Assembly (NCBI RefSeq): GCF_964204645.1 | Contig: NC_134026.1 | Span: 31,220,150-31,284,149 of the forward strand | Direction: 5' to 3' | Length of the DNA: 64,000 nt | From: Tubulanus polymorphus | Lineage: Eukaryota > Animalia > Nemertea | Shown here: piece after piece, positions 50,314-64,000 of the stretch | Layout: each line of letters begins with the position of its first letter | How positions within the stretch are numbered: position 1 is the stretch's first letter | Notes under the pieces: generated by a model | Databases searched by the model: none | What the model was told of the DNA's origin: nothing | What the model saw: only the letters and a program-made list of their open reading frames with translations | Position numbers and translations under genes: made by a program

Positions 50314-53300
50314 CCGTTCACCACGTTTGAGAACTTTTCATTTCTGGCTGTTATGGCAGAGTTATTGTGGGATTTCTCTCGTTAACATTTTTGGCTGTTT
50401 CTCCACAACTATTTGACTATTTGAACAATATTATCCCCTTGCACAACCCCTCATTCAGAAATTTTCACAACTTCAGATTTCACTGAGTTACATTTTCCTC
50501 GCTCGATTCTTGCCAAAACAAGTTTATCCTTGAACGTACTACATTTTCACCGAGGCGTCAAATAATTCATTTATCATTAATTTTCTAGTTCGCTAATTCT
50601 GTATTCAGGAAAACTTTTGGAAAATAATCTTTTATAAGAAATTCCAGAATTTCATAATTTCTACGAAGTAGGAGGGTATTAGTTAGTTACATGGTCGTCG
50701 TTCTGGTAAGCTTTTATAATCGGATGGGCTTATACCAAACTTATGTGGTTTGTGAAAAATCTCCAGGTTACTGACTAGGTTTACGTGAGGTTTCTAGAAA
50801 AAAGATATCTAATCTTACGAATTAAAAAAAAAATCAGATGATGACAATTCCTTCTGTCCTTCGAAAATAATACAATAGGAAAAGTTATTTGGTGAATAAT
50901 TGAATGAAATCGAATGAATTATGAAAAAAAGATTTTATGGACCAAGGACTCCATGAAACAGCGACAGAAATTTCACCTGTTAATAATTCTTATTATCAGA
51001 AATGAAATTTCGAACACATAATTAATCAAGCATTTCAGAAGATTTGTGAAGATCCGAATTTGAAATTCAGTGAAGATTTGGATAATTTACTCCAGAGAAT
51101 TCTCTATCTTATTCTAACAACAGAAACAAACACACTGACAATACCTTCAAATAAAATCCCTTCCAAACGAATCCCATGTTTTAAATCCAGAAAATACTAA
51201 AATCCAAGATTTGGCGCCACTAAACAGACGAGAACGTGTCAGTAAGCATCCTAACAGTGTGGTCGACAGCAGCAGTACTGACTGGTTACAGCATCAGCAG
51301 CATCAGCAGCAGCAAGGCGACGACATTCAACACGCAGGGGTGGCAGGTAGCCATTAAGACGATTGCAGAGAAACAACGTTTTTATCAGTTACAAACAATT
51401 TGAAGAGGACGACAGGATGATGAAACCCGTGGGACTTAGAAAAAATACGAGAGGACCAATAAATAAATGTTAACTTTACGGTAGAAATTTATCTATAAAC
51501 AACTTTCCAACTTTTCAAGATGATAGGATGGTGGTTCGGAAAGTTTAAAAACGATCAAATCAAAATACCCTCTGGCCGTGCCTTATACCCTTATGATGCC
51601 TGTCAGCCTCAAAGGCGAAACGATCTTATCGCTGAGTATATTTTTCTAAGGAAAGGTTACATTCAATAAAATCGATCGTTTTTCATCATTATCTTTCGTC
51701 AATACGTCAGGGTGATGAATAGAGCCGTGGATTTCGTCAGGTTTGGGGAATGTTCGGGTCAACGGGGAAATGTAGGGTCACATATTGACTGGTGTCGACT
51801 TACTCACAGCACTATAACGCGGACCTTTTAAACCTCTAGTGGAAGTGATAATACCAGTTATTTAAGCTTTTCTAAATCCAAAATTAATTGAATTGGTCTC
51901 GTCTGCCGATATAGCAGACGAATCAATTCGGAGTAAGTTGTAATTCTGTGTAATCGAGTATAAAGAGAACTCAACTGAAGTCTGTGTTGGATGCCTTTCC
52001 GTTTTCTCAGCTTACACTTTCAAAGCTCGAGTCTTTGATGATGATAAGATTCTGACTATTTCGTTCTCAGCCTCGGGGATAGAACTGTAATCTCTGAGAG
52101 TGGTGCAAGCAGCGCCGACACCGACGCGAGTTTACTGTGCGGCTCTGAATATTGAGATATGGATTCTAAACTAGAAAAATATAGATTCTTGTGTTTTTCT
52201 AAAACTTGGCCCGGAATTTACTGATTGATACAGAACGTCAATGAATAACCTGACTCTAATATTAGTCACGAGGTTGTGTAAAAATGGAATCGAACAAAGT
52301 TTTGCAAAAAGATATCTCGATATAAAAATGGCGCAGAAAGGAAATATCGTGGGGGGGGGGGATTTGTGTAGGGAAGGGGGTAGGTCGGACCCAACTACAC
52401 CTCCGGCCGAATCACACGCCATCCTCGGGTTAGGTCGCCTCTCCGGCCGAAGCTGACTCGGAGTCATCCCTTGGTCGGAGGCAACCTCATCTTAGAAAGC
52501 GAGGATTACATTTTTGTGACACTTGTTTCTAGTACCGGTACAAAGAATGCAGCTTTATTCCAGAAGCATTCAGTTCCAGGGTACAACGTATTTGACGCGG
52601 ACGTGACGACGTCCAAGTTGTTTTTTCCCTTATTTTATCTAGTTTTACATGTGCCCCTAATCACCTGCCCTAGGTCGGATGTGGTGCGGTGCTTATATCT
52701 ATAAACACCGCGCCGCTCAGATCAATTTTCACGCTACTTAATTTGCAGCGCGCGCTGTTACAATAAATCGAAATACAATGCGTTGATTTATATCAGTGTT
52801 CAGAAATTAGAAATTAGATCTATTGATCAGGTTTCAGTGCACCCGGGTGACAATTCTAATTTTTCTAGTTTCCGGATTACGATGGTACAATAGCAGTGAT
52901 CAATAATTCCAGGAGACTCCTGCAGTGAGAGAGATTCCGAAAGATCAATAAAATTATTGCGTCTGTATTTTGTATTGTAACCGTTGACTATTGTTGTTAT
53001 CATATTTTTCAATTCGTCCCCAAACGACAATCAACCCGACCGCACAAAGTCACTGAGTAAACTAAAAGCTGTCACATCTGGGAATGCGCTGATTCGTCTG
53101 GGATTCAAATTCATATAAATCATTCCTACGTGCGATCGCTTAGGACGAGACGCCTTGTTACTTTGACAACAGCCCGGTAAAATATCCATATAGCTGAACA
53201 GTGATTAAGGGCTGAATAATGATAAAACGGCTGTGGACTAGAAGTCAATGACTTCCCAACAAATTCAGGCAATTTATGGGGTCAATATTGTACAAACGGC

Positions 53301-53994
53301 GGTATCTTATTCGACGCTGTGTTTAACACAATCGATGAAAATAGAAATATTTCATCGATATCGTTACAGCATTTAACGATAAACGTTTAATTTTCGAAGG
53401 TGTTTCACAATGTACAAATATTCTCAGATTACAATATAACAGTCAATATCCGTATCAATATACACAGTAACAGTAAACGTATATTTTACTCTTAAAAATG
53501 ATGCCGCAATTCTTTCGCCTAAAGCGATCTTTTTTAAAATAGTATTTATTTAGTATCACATTACGTTGACAAAGGCCGACAACAAAGGCGAATATTGAAA
53601 TAACAATGATATCTATTTTACCGTCAACAAACGATCATTTCTAAATTCAAAATCAAATTTACGGAAATGTTATTTGAGTAGATATGTGGACGTACTTACA
53701 CTATAATTACAGTTTTGAAACAGATGAATTTCTTCTAAGTTTGGATGTCGACTATTATCTTACTAGTGCAGACGTCATCAATATCCATCAGACAAATAGG
53801 CCAACTAAACCTATAAATATAGAACAAATTCAAATGTGAAAACAATGAAGATCAGTTCTTTTAGTTCATCTTCAAGTTGAGTAAGAACTTTTAGTATTTT
53901 CAGCTATTGAAATTGAAAAGATGATCAAGTAATAAGAGTTATCAACTAAACAGCCATTATTGAAGAGATGGCGATCATGATGTATATATTTCTA

Positions 53995-54376
53995 ACTCAC
54001 CCCTCTCCCCTCTCCTCCCCTCTCACATCACTCTCCCCTCACGCTTTCCCCTCTCATCACTTTCCCTTTCTCTCCCCTCTCTCTCTTTCTCTCCTCTCCC
54101 CCTCTCTCCCTCTCTCTTTCTCCCTATCTCTCCCCCTCTCTCTCTCTTTCTCTCCCCTCTCCCCATCTCTCTCCCTCACCCATCACATCACTCTATCTCC
54201 CTCATCTCTCCCTCTATCTCCCTCTCTCTCCTCTCTCCCTCACCCATCACATTTCTCTCCCTTTCTCCCTCTCTCTCTCTCTCTTTCTCCCTCTCTCCCT
54301 ATCTCTCTCCTCTCTCCCTCACCCATCACATCTCTCTCTCTCCCTCATCTCTCCCTCTATCTCTCTCTCTCTCTCT
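53995..54376. repeat. CT-rich low-complexity tract
   Basis: Directly visible. Confidence 0.9.
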
Positions 54377-56283
54377 TATCACTGGTTTTGATATGTTGTT
54401 ATTCATCTAAACGAACAGAACATTCACCAATAAATATTCGATTAGAGAAAGAATTTTCTATAAATCACTGATTGTTTACATTACACAGATAAACATATAT
54501 AATTATATACGTCATCAGATAATTGTCAAGACTTGATGATGATGATTTGTTTATACGGTTATGCATGTTCGTGGATACTTTGTTTGAATGTAGTGTAGAT
54601 ACACTCTGTGGTAGGCCTACATATCTGATGATACATTGTATCATTAGGTGTATTTTTGTAGTTTTGGTTTGGATACTCATGTATTGATGATAAAAGGACT
54701 AAAAGGAATCAGAAATGTTTCCTCTAGCCGATAATTATTTATCATCTTGACTCAATCCTAATAGTCTTTTTCATCTTCGGGATATAAGCTGGAGGAATAC
54801 TTTGAAATATTCCAAATCAAACACCATATTTTTCTTTCATATAAAATCCCACACTAGAAATAAAAGAGTCAGAAATGTTTCCATGAGCTAAATGAAATGA
54901 GCTAAAAGTTTATTCGACGTTTCAACAGTGTCTTCTAAGGGCAGGTTATCAGGGAAAAAGGCGAATACCTCGGGGCCGTTTTGTGCCCGTTTTTTAATAG
55001 TGCTAAGTGACCCTTAATAGTCACGTGTCCATCTCCAGATCTGCCCGGATTTCTAAAACCTTTAACACGCTAATACGTGATCAATGTGACTATGTTAGTA
55101 AAGATAGGGCTAAAAGATCGCGGCCTTTAAGTAGTAATTTTGTACAAATTGATGTAAAATTAGCGAGAAGAAAGGTATTCCCCTTGTGAGTCATGAGACG
55201 GTACCGCCGACAATACAGCAGAGAAATTAGTGAACCCCGCACCTTCATAGCAATCTCCTGTCAAGACACAATGGACTAGCGATTATCAGACCGTAGAAAC
55301 CCATCTTATAAGCAGATGACTCATTTAAACATATTGGCACTTAGGATCCAATTAGATCACAGTGCATGGATGACATCCCTCACCGGTCGCCAATCAAATT
55401 TCCACAATTATGAAATTACTAAAACTCATATCAGACGCGAAATTGTCGCCTAGATACAATTTCACCTGGTGACCATCAGTCAACTAATATGCGTGACGTA
55501 GTACCTTATTCAGCCAATCAGAGGACACGGTATGAAAAGACCCATGAATCTGACTGTTCGGTTAGAGAATGCTTTTACCCATATTCAGAGATTCGAAATT
55601 CCAATTGAATATTTTACACACAAGATGAGTTTAGAATATGAACATGGCCTGCATCGTTTAATTCTTAAATGAATATCTTGAGGACCAGAATATATTCGAA
55701 CTGTTTCATTTTTTTTTGGGGGGGGGGGGGGGATAATACTCCGTGAACCCCCAAGGTCAACCACCGTATTTCATGATTTAGAGTGAAACCTTTAGATTGG
55801 ATAGATCCCCGCCTGCCCTATACGTGTCTGAAGTCAGAAACAAAAGCCCATAAAACAAACAAAACTACACTTAAAGATGCCTCGAATTCTAAGAGGCTAC
55901 GGTAGGATTTTATCTCATAAAATCTCATAGAGAAATAATAGAACTCAAGGCCGTATAACCCACCCCACAAATAAATTACAGTTTTAGCATAACCTGTGGG
56001 AAGGTCTATAGAAACTAATCTAGAAATCTTCAATAAATCAGTAAACAACAGAACCACTCATATCTGAAGCACCCCCTAGCACCCGGTCAATGTGAACCAC
56101 CCTAGATTCCAGGTAAAATACTTGTTTGTGATAATAACAACAACTGAATACAATGTGTATATCCTACAATATAAAATACAATGTATTGGTACAGGATAGA
56201 TACAAGTAATATTTCTAAACAATTCTAGAATGTGTAAGAGCCGTAGAAATAGAGATAATGGTTTCTATCGATTAGCTACGGAT

Positions 56284-56626
56284 ATACCCCCGGTTTACTG
56301 GCTCTCATTGATCAGAAATACCCCCGGTTTACTGGCTGTCATTGATCAGAAATACCCCCAGTTTACTGGCTGTCATTGATCAAAAATACCCCCGGTTTAC
56401 TGGCTGTCATTGATCAGAAATACCCCCGGTTTACTGGCTGTCATTGATCAGAAATACCCCCGGTTTACTGGCTCTCATTGATCAGAAATACCCCCGGTTT
56501 ACTGGCTCTCATTGATCAGAAATACCCCCGGTTTACTGGCTCTCATTGATCAGAAATACCCCCGGTTTACTGGCTCTCATTGATCAGAAATACCCCCGGT
56601 TTACTGGCTGTCATTGATCAGAAATA
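56284..56626. repeat. 35-bp tandem repeat, ~10 copies
   Basis: atacccccggtttactggctstcattgatcagaa. Confidence 0.93.
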
Positions 56627-57644
56627 AACTCGTCTTTTTTGTTCCTGTTATCTATTACTTTGTAGCAAGGATTCAACCATAAATTGCGTTCAACAACAAA
56701 AACAAAATAGAAGAACATCTTTTAACGATAACAGAACAATATCGATTTATCTGTTCGCGTGTAAAATAGCAGCATGTCACGTCACGTGACTGAGTCTGCC
56801 AGACTAATTGACGAAAAGAGCTGTTCTCAGCGTCAAATCCGAGAACAATGTACGCGTACGATCCCGGCGTCTTAATACGTCGATCAAACTGTTAAATTTC
56901 AATCACCGGTACTACACATCACCGTTTAGAATCATCATGCGAATTCGAAATATAGATTGCTGATTTTTTTTGGTGACAATGTCTCGATAATCGCTGATTA
57001 GATTCAGCACCTGATCGAAAATGACGCCATTTTGTTTTAAGCCGCCATTGTTGTTGTCAACAATATAGGCAGCTACCAAAAATGCTGATATCTAATATTA
57101 TGTTCTGCTTTCGCTGCAGTCAACAATAGGAAACCTCCCATGATACTGCGCTCCGACTGAAGATTCCACTTGTGGCAAGTGAAGATCCACCAGGTGTCGC
57201 TAGTAGTAACTCGGTCTTCCACGTCTCTGTCATTTTCAATATTTCAGTATATATACCATATTTACAATCAACACAGAAAATATAAACTTTTCTTCGTAGA
57301 ATATAACAAAATAATTAGCAATGCTGCACATGTTATACACTATTTACAATATATCGGGGCCTACAAACTGACAGACTTAATGCTCGTCACGCCATCTAGT
57401 GGGATAGTTACTGATCCATTAAGTATTGATAAGTCGTTTAATTATCTCGTCGGAAACAGGCAGAGTTTGTTTCGATGCATTCATTTTATTATCGAAAACA
57501 TCGCGTGCTAATGAGGAAACTGACGAGAATAGAGAAAGAAGAGGATACAAGTTGCTATTGTCAGTTATTATAATTGACACGTGATATGTTCATTCAGTGA
57601 GGATTACACCATCGTTTGGTTCGTTAACGGTGTGATGTACAACT

Positions 57645-58545
57645 TCAGGAGGTAGATAGAGAGAGAGATAGAGGGAGATGGTACTGGTACATAAAGCTCT
57701 CCTCGGGAAATACCGTGTGGCTGCCCTCAGGAGGTAGAGATCGATAGAGGGAAGGAGAGGGAGGGAGGGAGAGGGAGAGAGTGAGGGGGAGAGAGGGAGG
57801 GAGGGAGAGAGGGAGGGAGATGCTCTCCTCAGGAAATACTGTGTGGTTGCCCTCAGGAGGTAGAGATAGATAGAGGGAAAAAGAGGGAGGGAGAGAGGGA
57901 GGGAGGGTGGGAGGGGGAGAGAGGGAGGGAGGGAGAGAGAGGGAGGGAGATGCTCTCCTCAGGAAATACTGTGTGGTTGCCCTCAGGAGGTAGAGATAGA
58001 TAGAGGGAAAAAGAGGGAGGGAGAGAGGGAGGGAGAGAGGGGGAGAGAGGGAGAGAGAGGGAGAGAGAGAGAGAGAGGGAGGGAGATGCTCTCCTCAGGA
58101 AATACTGTGTGGTTGCCCTCAGGAGGTAGAGATAGATAGAGGGAAAAAGAGGGAGGGAGAGAGGGAGGGAGGGTGGGAGGGGGAGAGAGGGAGGGAGGGA
58201 GAGAGAGGAAGGGAGATGCTCTCCTCAGGAAATACCGTATGGTTCCCCCTAGGAGGTAGAGAGAGATGGAGGAAGAGATAGAGATGGAGGAAGAGAGAGG
58301 GAGGGAATGAGGGAGGGGGAGAGATGGAGGGAGGGAGAGAGAGGGAGAGTGAGAGGGAGAGAGTGAGGGGAGAGAGAGAGGGAGGGAGAGAGAGAGAGGG
58401 AGGGAGGGAGAGGGAGAGAGGGAGGGAGGGAGAGGGAGGAGAGCGATGGAGGGAGGGAGAGAGATAGAGGGAGAGAGAGATGGAGGGAGAGAGGGAGAGA
58501 GGGAGGGAGATACTCTCCTCAGGAAATATCGTGTGGTTCCCCTCG
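57645..58545. repeat. Composite repeat: conserved ~45-bp core (ctctcctcaggaaatactgtgtggttgccctcaggaggtagaga) x6 separated by variable GA-rich spacers
   Basis: Cores at ~57697, 57823, 57953, 58089, 58219, 58513. Confidence 0.88.
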
Positions 58546-58887
58546 GGCTGAAGCGATAATAGCGAGCATGAGCATTTAGCCTTCATCATCTCGACTCACG
58601 TTCTGCAGACGCGAAGAAAATTCTACCAAATTGCTGTTATTTCAAAACACTTTTGCTTTTACGGTAGAAATTGCCTCGATTGACTGTCAGTCGGTGTGGG
58701 TAACGCACTGGTGAGACCTTATCGTCAACTCCGTGACGAATCGGTAAAACACAGGACAGATAGTACTGTATACTTTGTAAAACTTGTCAGGGCGAGATTT
58801 AAAAACTACATTAAGTACTTCGTGTTTACTGATCTACACAACTCCTTCATTACCCAACCCTGACAATTTACTCTTCAATTATATAAC

Positions 58888-59086
58888 CATTGATGAAACA
58901 TTCTGAGTCCGGCATTTAAAGTTCCTGCTCACTTAAACATGAAAAGAGTCCGAAATGTTTCCTTGAGCTAGTGTAGTTTATTCAACGTTTCCACTATATC
59001 CTAATAGTCATCTTCAGGAATACTGTATTCCTTGAGCTAGTGTAGTTTATTCAACGTTTCGACTTTATCCTAATAGTCATCTTCAG
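58888..59086 (-). mobile_element. Second locus of the hammerhead-bearing Penelope-like repeat (2 x 69-bp units plus shared flank)
   Basis: Same unit as 47537 and same flank ccattgatgaaacattc.gagtcc (47461 vs 58888); the second unit is interrupted in stem I by a MITE. Confidence 0.8.
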
Positions 59087-59194
59087 GACCCAGTTCCACA
59101 GTTGTGAGTTAGAGTTAACTCTGAGTTAAAGTTAGTTCATTTTCAATGTTTTAACCCAGGGTCAAATCTTAACTCAGAACTGTGGAACTGGACC
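59087..59194. mobile_element. 108-bp MITE, TIR G(A/G)(C/T)CCAGTTCCACAGTT, CAG TSD
   Basis: tctt-cag|gacccagttccacag...ctgtggaactggacc|cag-gaatac; removing the element and one CAG restores the unit sequence tcttcaggaatac. Confidence 0.88.
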
Positions 59195-59889
59195 CAGGAA
59201 TACAGGTCTATGATAGGATATAGTCGAATTATCTTCAGGAATACTAGTGTTGTCCTCATTAACCATTGATACCAATATTCCTGAAGATGATCCTCAAAAA
59301 CATCAAATAGATAAAAGCTTTGAAACGTCGGTTCAAGAAAACATTTCAGACTTTTTATGCCCAATGTTGAGGGAATTCATATATTATATGTATTCGTCCT
59401 TCAGTTCTTGTGACTTCGTAATTTTGGAAACCAAGTAAAAACTTTAGCTGCAGGCTTTATCTGATAATCCATCGTCACCAGTAGAACAAGGCGGCAGCCG
59501 ATAATTTACTGGTCGTCGAAGTGTAATAATGAAATCATGTAAGGCGTCTTGTATCATGATTAAAACAAATTGAAGTAGAATATCATTGTTTCCTGAGTTC
59601 ATTCAGACGAACTGATAAAACTAATGTTTTCATCAGCTGCGATCTTATACAGCTTCTAAAATCTAATTATTACACTCTATATCAACATCTAATCCTTTAA
59701 ACATCATTAAATAATGATCATGTGACAGTTTTTAGATACCGCTCTCTAAGAGTAAAAGAGTCAGAAATGCTTCAATAAAGCATTTGACAACAACCAAACC
59801 TGACAACCGGTAACCAGTCACCACACTGACTGGTTACCGGTCACCGCACTGACCAGACAAACTTACCAACTCTGTCAATCACTACCGAT

Positions 59890-60190
59890 CTATGGTCTAG
59901 TGGTTAGCATGCTCGGCTGGTGTGCTTGTGGTTGTCGGATCGAGTCTCGCTAGGGTTCGGGACGACCCGCAAGGCTAGGGTTAGGGTTAGGGTGGAACGA
60001 GCTAGGGTTAAGGCATTTACTGCTGGTCTGTTTTTGGTAAATGTGTGTTTCTCTCAATTTTTTGCCAAATGAAAGCGGGTGAATACGCGGAATGAAGTCA
60101 CCACATCTATTCTGACTGGTCACCAGCTAAATGGTTAGATCGTGACCTGGTTCGTGTGCTGGAGGTCCCGGGTTCGAATACTAGCATCAC
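59890..60190 (+). other. Two tRNA-like Pol III A/B-box heads (SINE-like) with short TTAGGG repeats between them
   Basis: tggtctagtggttagc...ggatcgagtct (59893-59947); gggttagggttaggg (~59978); agctaaatggttag...gggttcgaatac (60125-60181). No clean cloverleaf. Confidence 0.4.
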
Positions 60191-61810
60191 TGCGTACATA
60201 GGGATGAACAACTTTTCCTCCGATTTTATAAAACAATCTTTTTAAAATGAACTGTCCTGTAACTTATCAACGCCTTCAGGGATTTTATCGTGAATCCCAA
60301 AAACTGTGGCAACTCAACTCAGAATGAGAATGACAGAAGTTATTAAAAGTTTCTGTACACTGAAAGATGATAAGAATGGCTGGTTATATGCAAGATATAC
60401 CGATACTGAGAAGCGAAGGAGCAGTCCCTCCCTCGAAGCACCGGAGCAGTCCCTCCCTCGGGTTTCAATTAACGAAAGAAAGAAACAGCAAGAATTGTTG
60501 ATACGCGGAAATAATTATTATATAGATATAATTAAATGATTACCCAGTGCTGAAATGTGCAGTGCGATACAGGACCCTGAAGTAGAGGAGGTATATCTAC
60601 TGGTGGTGAGATCATACAATGGTATTATGGTAATTAAACGGGCTACAAGTCTATGCATCTTCAGGCTGTGTTTGTATGTACTGAATACGAAGATTAATAT
60701 ACGACTTATGATATATTGCTTCAAGACATGTTCTTGACTTCATTACAGTGATGAGTATTCAGACTCGCTGACTACTGGCGTGTGATTAGTTATTGGGTCC
60801 ACTGACCCAATAAACAGCGCTTCCAACAACTCGCATTTCCAACTGAGACAACCTTGAAACAAGATAAACTTACTTAAAACTTTATTGAAGCCTTGAAAAA
60901 TATCGTCGACAATGTATGAAAGATCGAATACACATATTTGTCAATGATCAATAAAGTTATTTTAGATTTGAATGTATCGACAATTGAATTGAATTGATCG
61001 GCCACCAGTCGAGCCCCAATTTTGATGACGTAGTGCACAACGACTCACACAATATTCTAATTCCTTGAAAATTCATTGAATAGACGTTAGAAATTTGATT
61101 AATAACAAAATTAACGCAATTTTCCAAAGTTTTGATTGTTATTTTAAAACGCCCCAATATTGATGACGTAGACTGTACTGAGTGAGGGGATATGATGATC
61201 CCAAAAACGCCTGTGTCTAGAAAACTATCTTTATCCTAAATTCGGTTTCTTGAACTAGCTTTCTACCTCAGATAAATTCATAAGTTAAGCTTATGTCTGA
61301 AACGATCCGTAATTTTGATTGCGCCGCTAGCTATTTGGGAGTTCCCGCACAACCGCCGTGTCAGCAGACGATATGTTTTATGCCAATCACATGTGATCGT
61401 GGACGGGTTTTGTTTAGGAAATACGTCACGGTTGGCTGATAATAGCATTTGACTGATTAAAACAATAGGCAGTGAGCTAATGTCATTTTCTGTTGATTAG
61501 ATCAGAAGATCTTTTAATATATGACTCATCATTAACGGTTCCTAGCTCGGTATACCGCGTGAGCATCGCCCACCGAGTCATATTATGAAAATAGAAACAA
61601 TAAGCGATGTCTGAACTCGGCGAGTTTTTATGCACGGTTCGATCGGCTGACCGGACCGGCGGTAAATTTAGCAAATAAATCAATTTGTTACCGGTTCGCC
61701 TCAGAGGCGCAGTCAGCCCTCTGAGGACTCGTGTAAGGTAATAATCTGGCACGTGAAATGCGTGATAAACAGATAACACGATAAAGAGATGGAGAATTCC
61801 GTGAAGAATT

Positions 61811-61997
<187 letters not shown>

Positions 61998-62088
61998 AAT
62001 TATTAAGTTCGGTAATTTGTATTCCGATTGAATAATGTGACATTCTGGGCATTACTAAAAAAACCTAAACATTGCTACCAGTTTTAGA

Positions 62089-63500
62089 GGGTCCAGTTGT
62101 ACAATTGTGACTTAAGTCCAAGATTTGTGTTTATTCTGTAACTGATCTTAAGTTGTTAGATTGGCTATAGAACCAAAATGAGCTTAGACTGGTCTCAAGT
62201 TGTTAGATTGGCTATAGAACCAAAATGATCTGAGACTGGTCTTAAGTTGTTAGATTGGTTATAGAACCAAAATGAGTTTAGACTGGTCTTAATTTGTTAG
62301 ATTGGTTATAGAACTAAAATGAGCTTAAACTGGTCTTAAGTTGTTAGATTGGTTATAGAACCAAAATGACTTTAGACTGGTCTTAAGTTATTAGATTGTT
62401 TATAGAACCAAAATGGGCTTAGACTGGTCTTAAGTTGTTAGATTGATTATAGAAATAAAATGAGTTTAGACTGGTTGTCTTTAAGCCATGACTGTGCGAA
62501 TGGGTGCTGTACCACCACCAGTGACCGCTCCTCACAATCACCCTTGAACTTTCACAATCACCCCACGTCCATGACCGATACCGACCACAGGAAAGTTACA
62601 GTAAAATCATCGGCAATTTTTATTCACATTGAATAAATGCGAAAGTTATCGACATATTGACATTGATTTCTGTCGTGTGTGAAAGTTTGTTTCTACCTTA
62701 AGGGCCTCTGGTAGTGTTTTACTTGTAAATATTGTCAAACTTTATATCGATGGAAATATTGATTTGAAGGATGTTTCGAATTACTCGATGGAAGAGATGT
62801 GGTAATCAGGATCGCGAGTTATTTGAACTGTGTATAGAAGAAGCACTTTATATCACTTGATAGAAGAAAGAAGTTTATACCGCCTGAGCGCTTGATTATG
62901 TTACCAGTACCCGGTAGATGATGATGTAATATTGGCTTTATTTACCGGCATTTCTGGTAATAAAATTAGGTAACCTTTGATTGATTATAAACCAAGCGTT
63001 CATACAATAATGCATATTCCACAGATTGAAAGATGCTTCTTCAAACTCATATATAAAACTGGTGATCAGTTGGGAAGTAAAGAGAATAACAAAACCGAAA
63101 TCTTTCCTTGAGTTTATTCGACGTTTCGACTTCATCCTATGAGCTTATTTTTGTTCTATAACCAATCTAAGAACTTAAGACCAGTCTAAAGCCATTTTGG
63201 TTCTATAACCTAACAACTTGAAGACCAGTCTAAACTCATTTTGGTTCTATAACCAATCTAATAACTTAAGACCAGTCTAAACTCATTCTAGTTCTATAAC
63301 CAATCTAACAACTTAAGAGCAGTCCAAGCTCATTTTGGTTCTATAACCAATCTATCAACTTAAGACCAGTCTAAACTCATTTTGGTTCTATAACCAAAGA
63401 CCAGTCTATGCTTATTTTAGTTCTATAACCAAACTAACAACTTGAAGACCAGTCTTGCAAGACGACTTCTGGACTTGAGTCATGACTGTGCAACCAAACC
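62089..63500. repeat. Two ~47-bp tandem arrays (62145-62475 and 63150-63455) of one MITE-internal unit, in opposite orientation
   Basis: cttaagttgttagattggttatagaaccaaaatgagtttagactggt versus its reverse complement. Confidence 0.85.
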
Positions 63501-63779
63501 CTGTAGTTTTGACATCGCCCTGACATAAACCGTTCAATTCTAGCATGTTATTTGTAACCCAAGTTGACTGTAGATACGGCCGCGTGAGATCGCGACCTCG
63601 CAATATTCTGTGTCCATTAAACCATCTGTAAACGTCAAATAGAAACCTGATTGATGTTCTTACAATCATCTAGCTATTTTTGATTAAGAATGAGTGACAA
63701 GTCGTGTTCGGTATTTTATCTGACATTGATGGCAGTGGAAGACACTTCGTGACAATAACTCGATACATTTACTTCTCTC

Positions 63780-63936
<157 letters not shown>

Positions 63937-64000
63937 GCATCGTTACTAAAACTACTGACATCATTTTGATTATTAATGGAACATCAAAGATTTTTACAAC

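Noticed and set aside
59975-60012. Telomere or chromosome-fusion site
   Set aside because: Only 2-3 TTAGGG units, as also at ~2700 and ~41637; too short to support this.
59890-60190. Functional tRNA genes
   Set aside because: A/B-box-like words only; acceptor and anticodon stems do not pair cleanly.

Overview
This is eukaryotic (animal, probably invertebrate) genomic DNA: AT-rich, with GT-AG introns and very many tandem repeats and small TIR elements. By manual splicing with phase checks I can support seven genes. (1) The 5' part of an uncharacterised secreted multi-exon protein (minus, runs off the left edge). (2) An intronless CWC25-like gene apparently lacking the conserved N-terminus (minus). 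(3) THOC6 (plus, 13 exons). (4) A 5-exon secreted PAN/Apple + lectin-like gene nested antisense in THOC6 intron 3. (5) A KIF12-type kinesin (minus, 19 exons, 899 aa). (6) An intronless 1209-aa disordered ORF nested on the same strand in KIF12 intron 7. (7) A heparan sulfate 3-O-sulfotransferase. The last 17 kb has no convincing CDS. The most striking non-genic signal is a 6 x 69-bp tandem array (47537-47942) whose unit folds as a minimal type I hammerhead ribozyme of the Penelope-like-element kind, with dispersed relatives at 50-63 kb. Also notable: tandem repeats that amplify splice donors or a stop codon, and minisatellites derived from MITE terminal repeats. Gene models and family calls come from reading and recalled homology, not from database searches.
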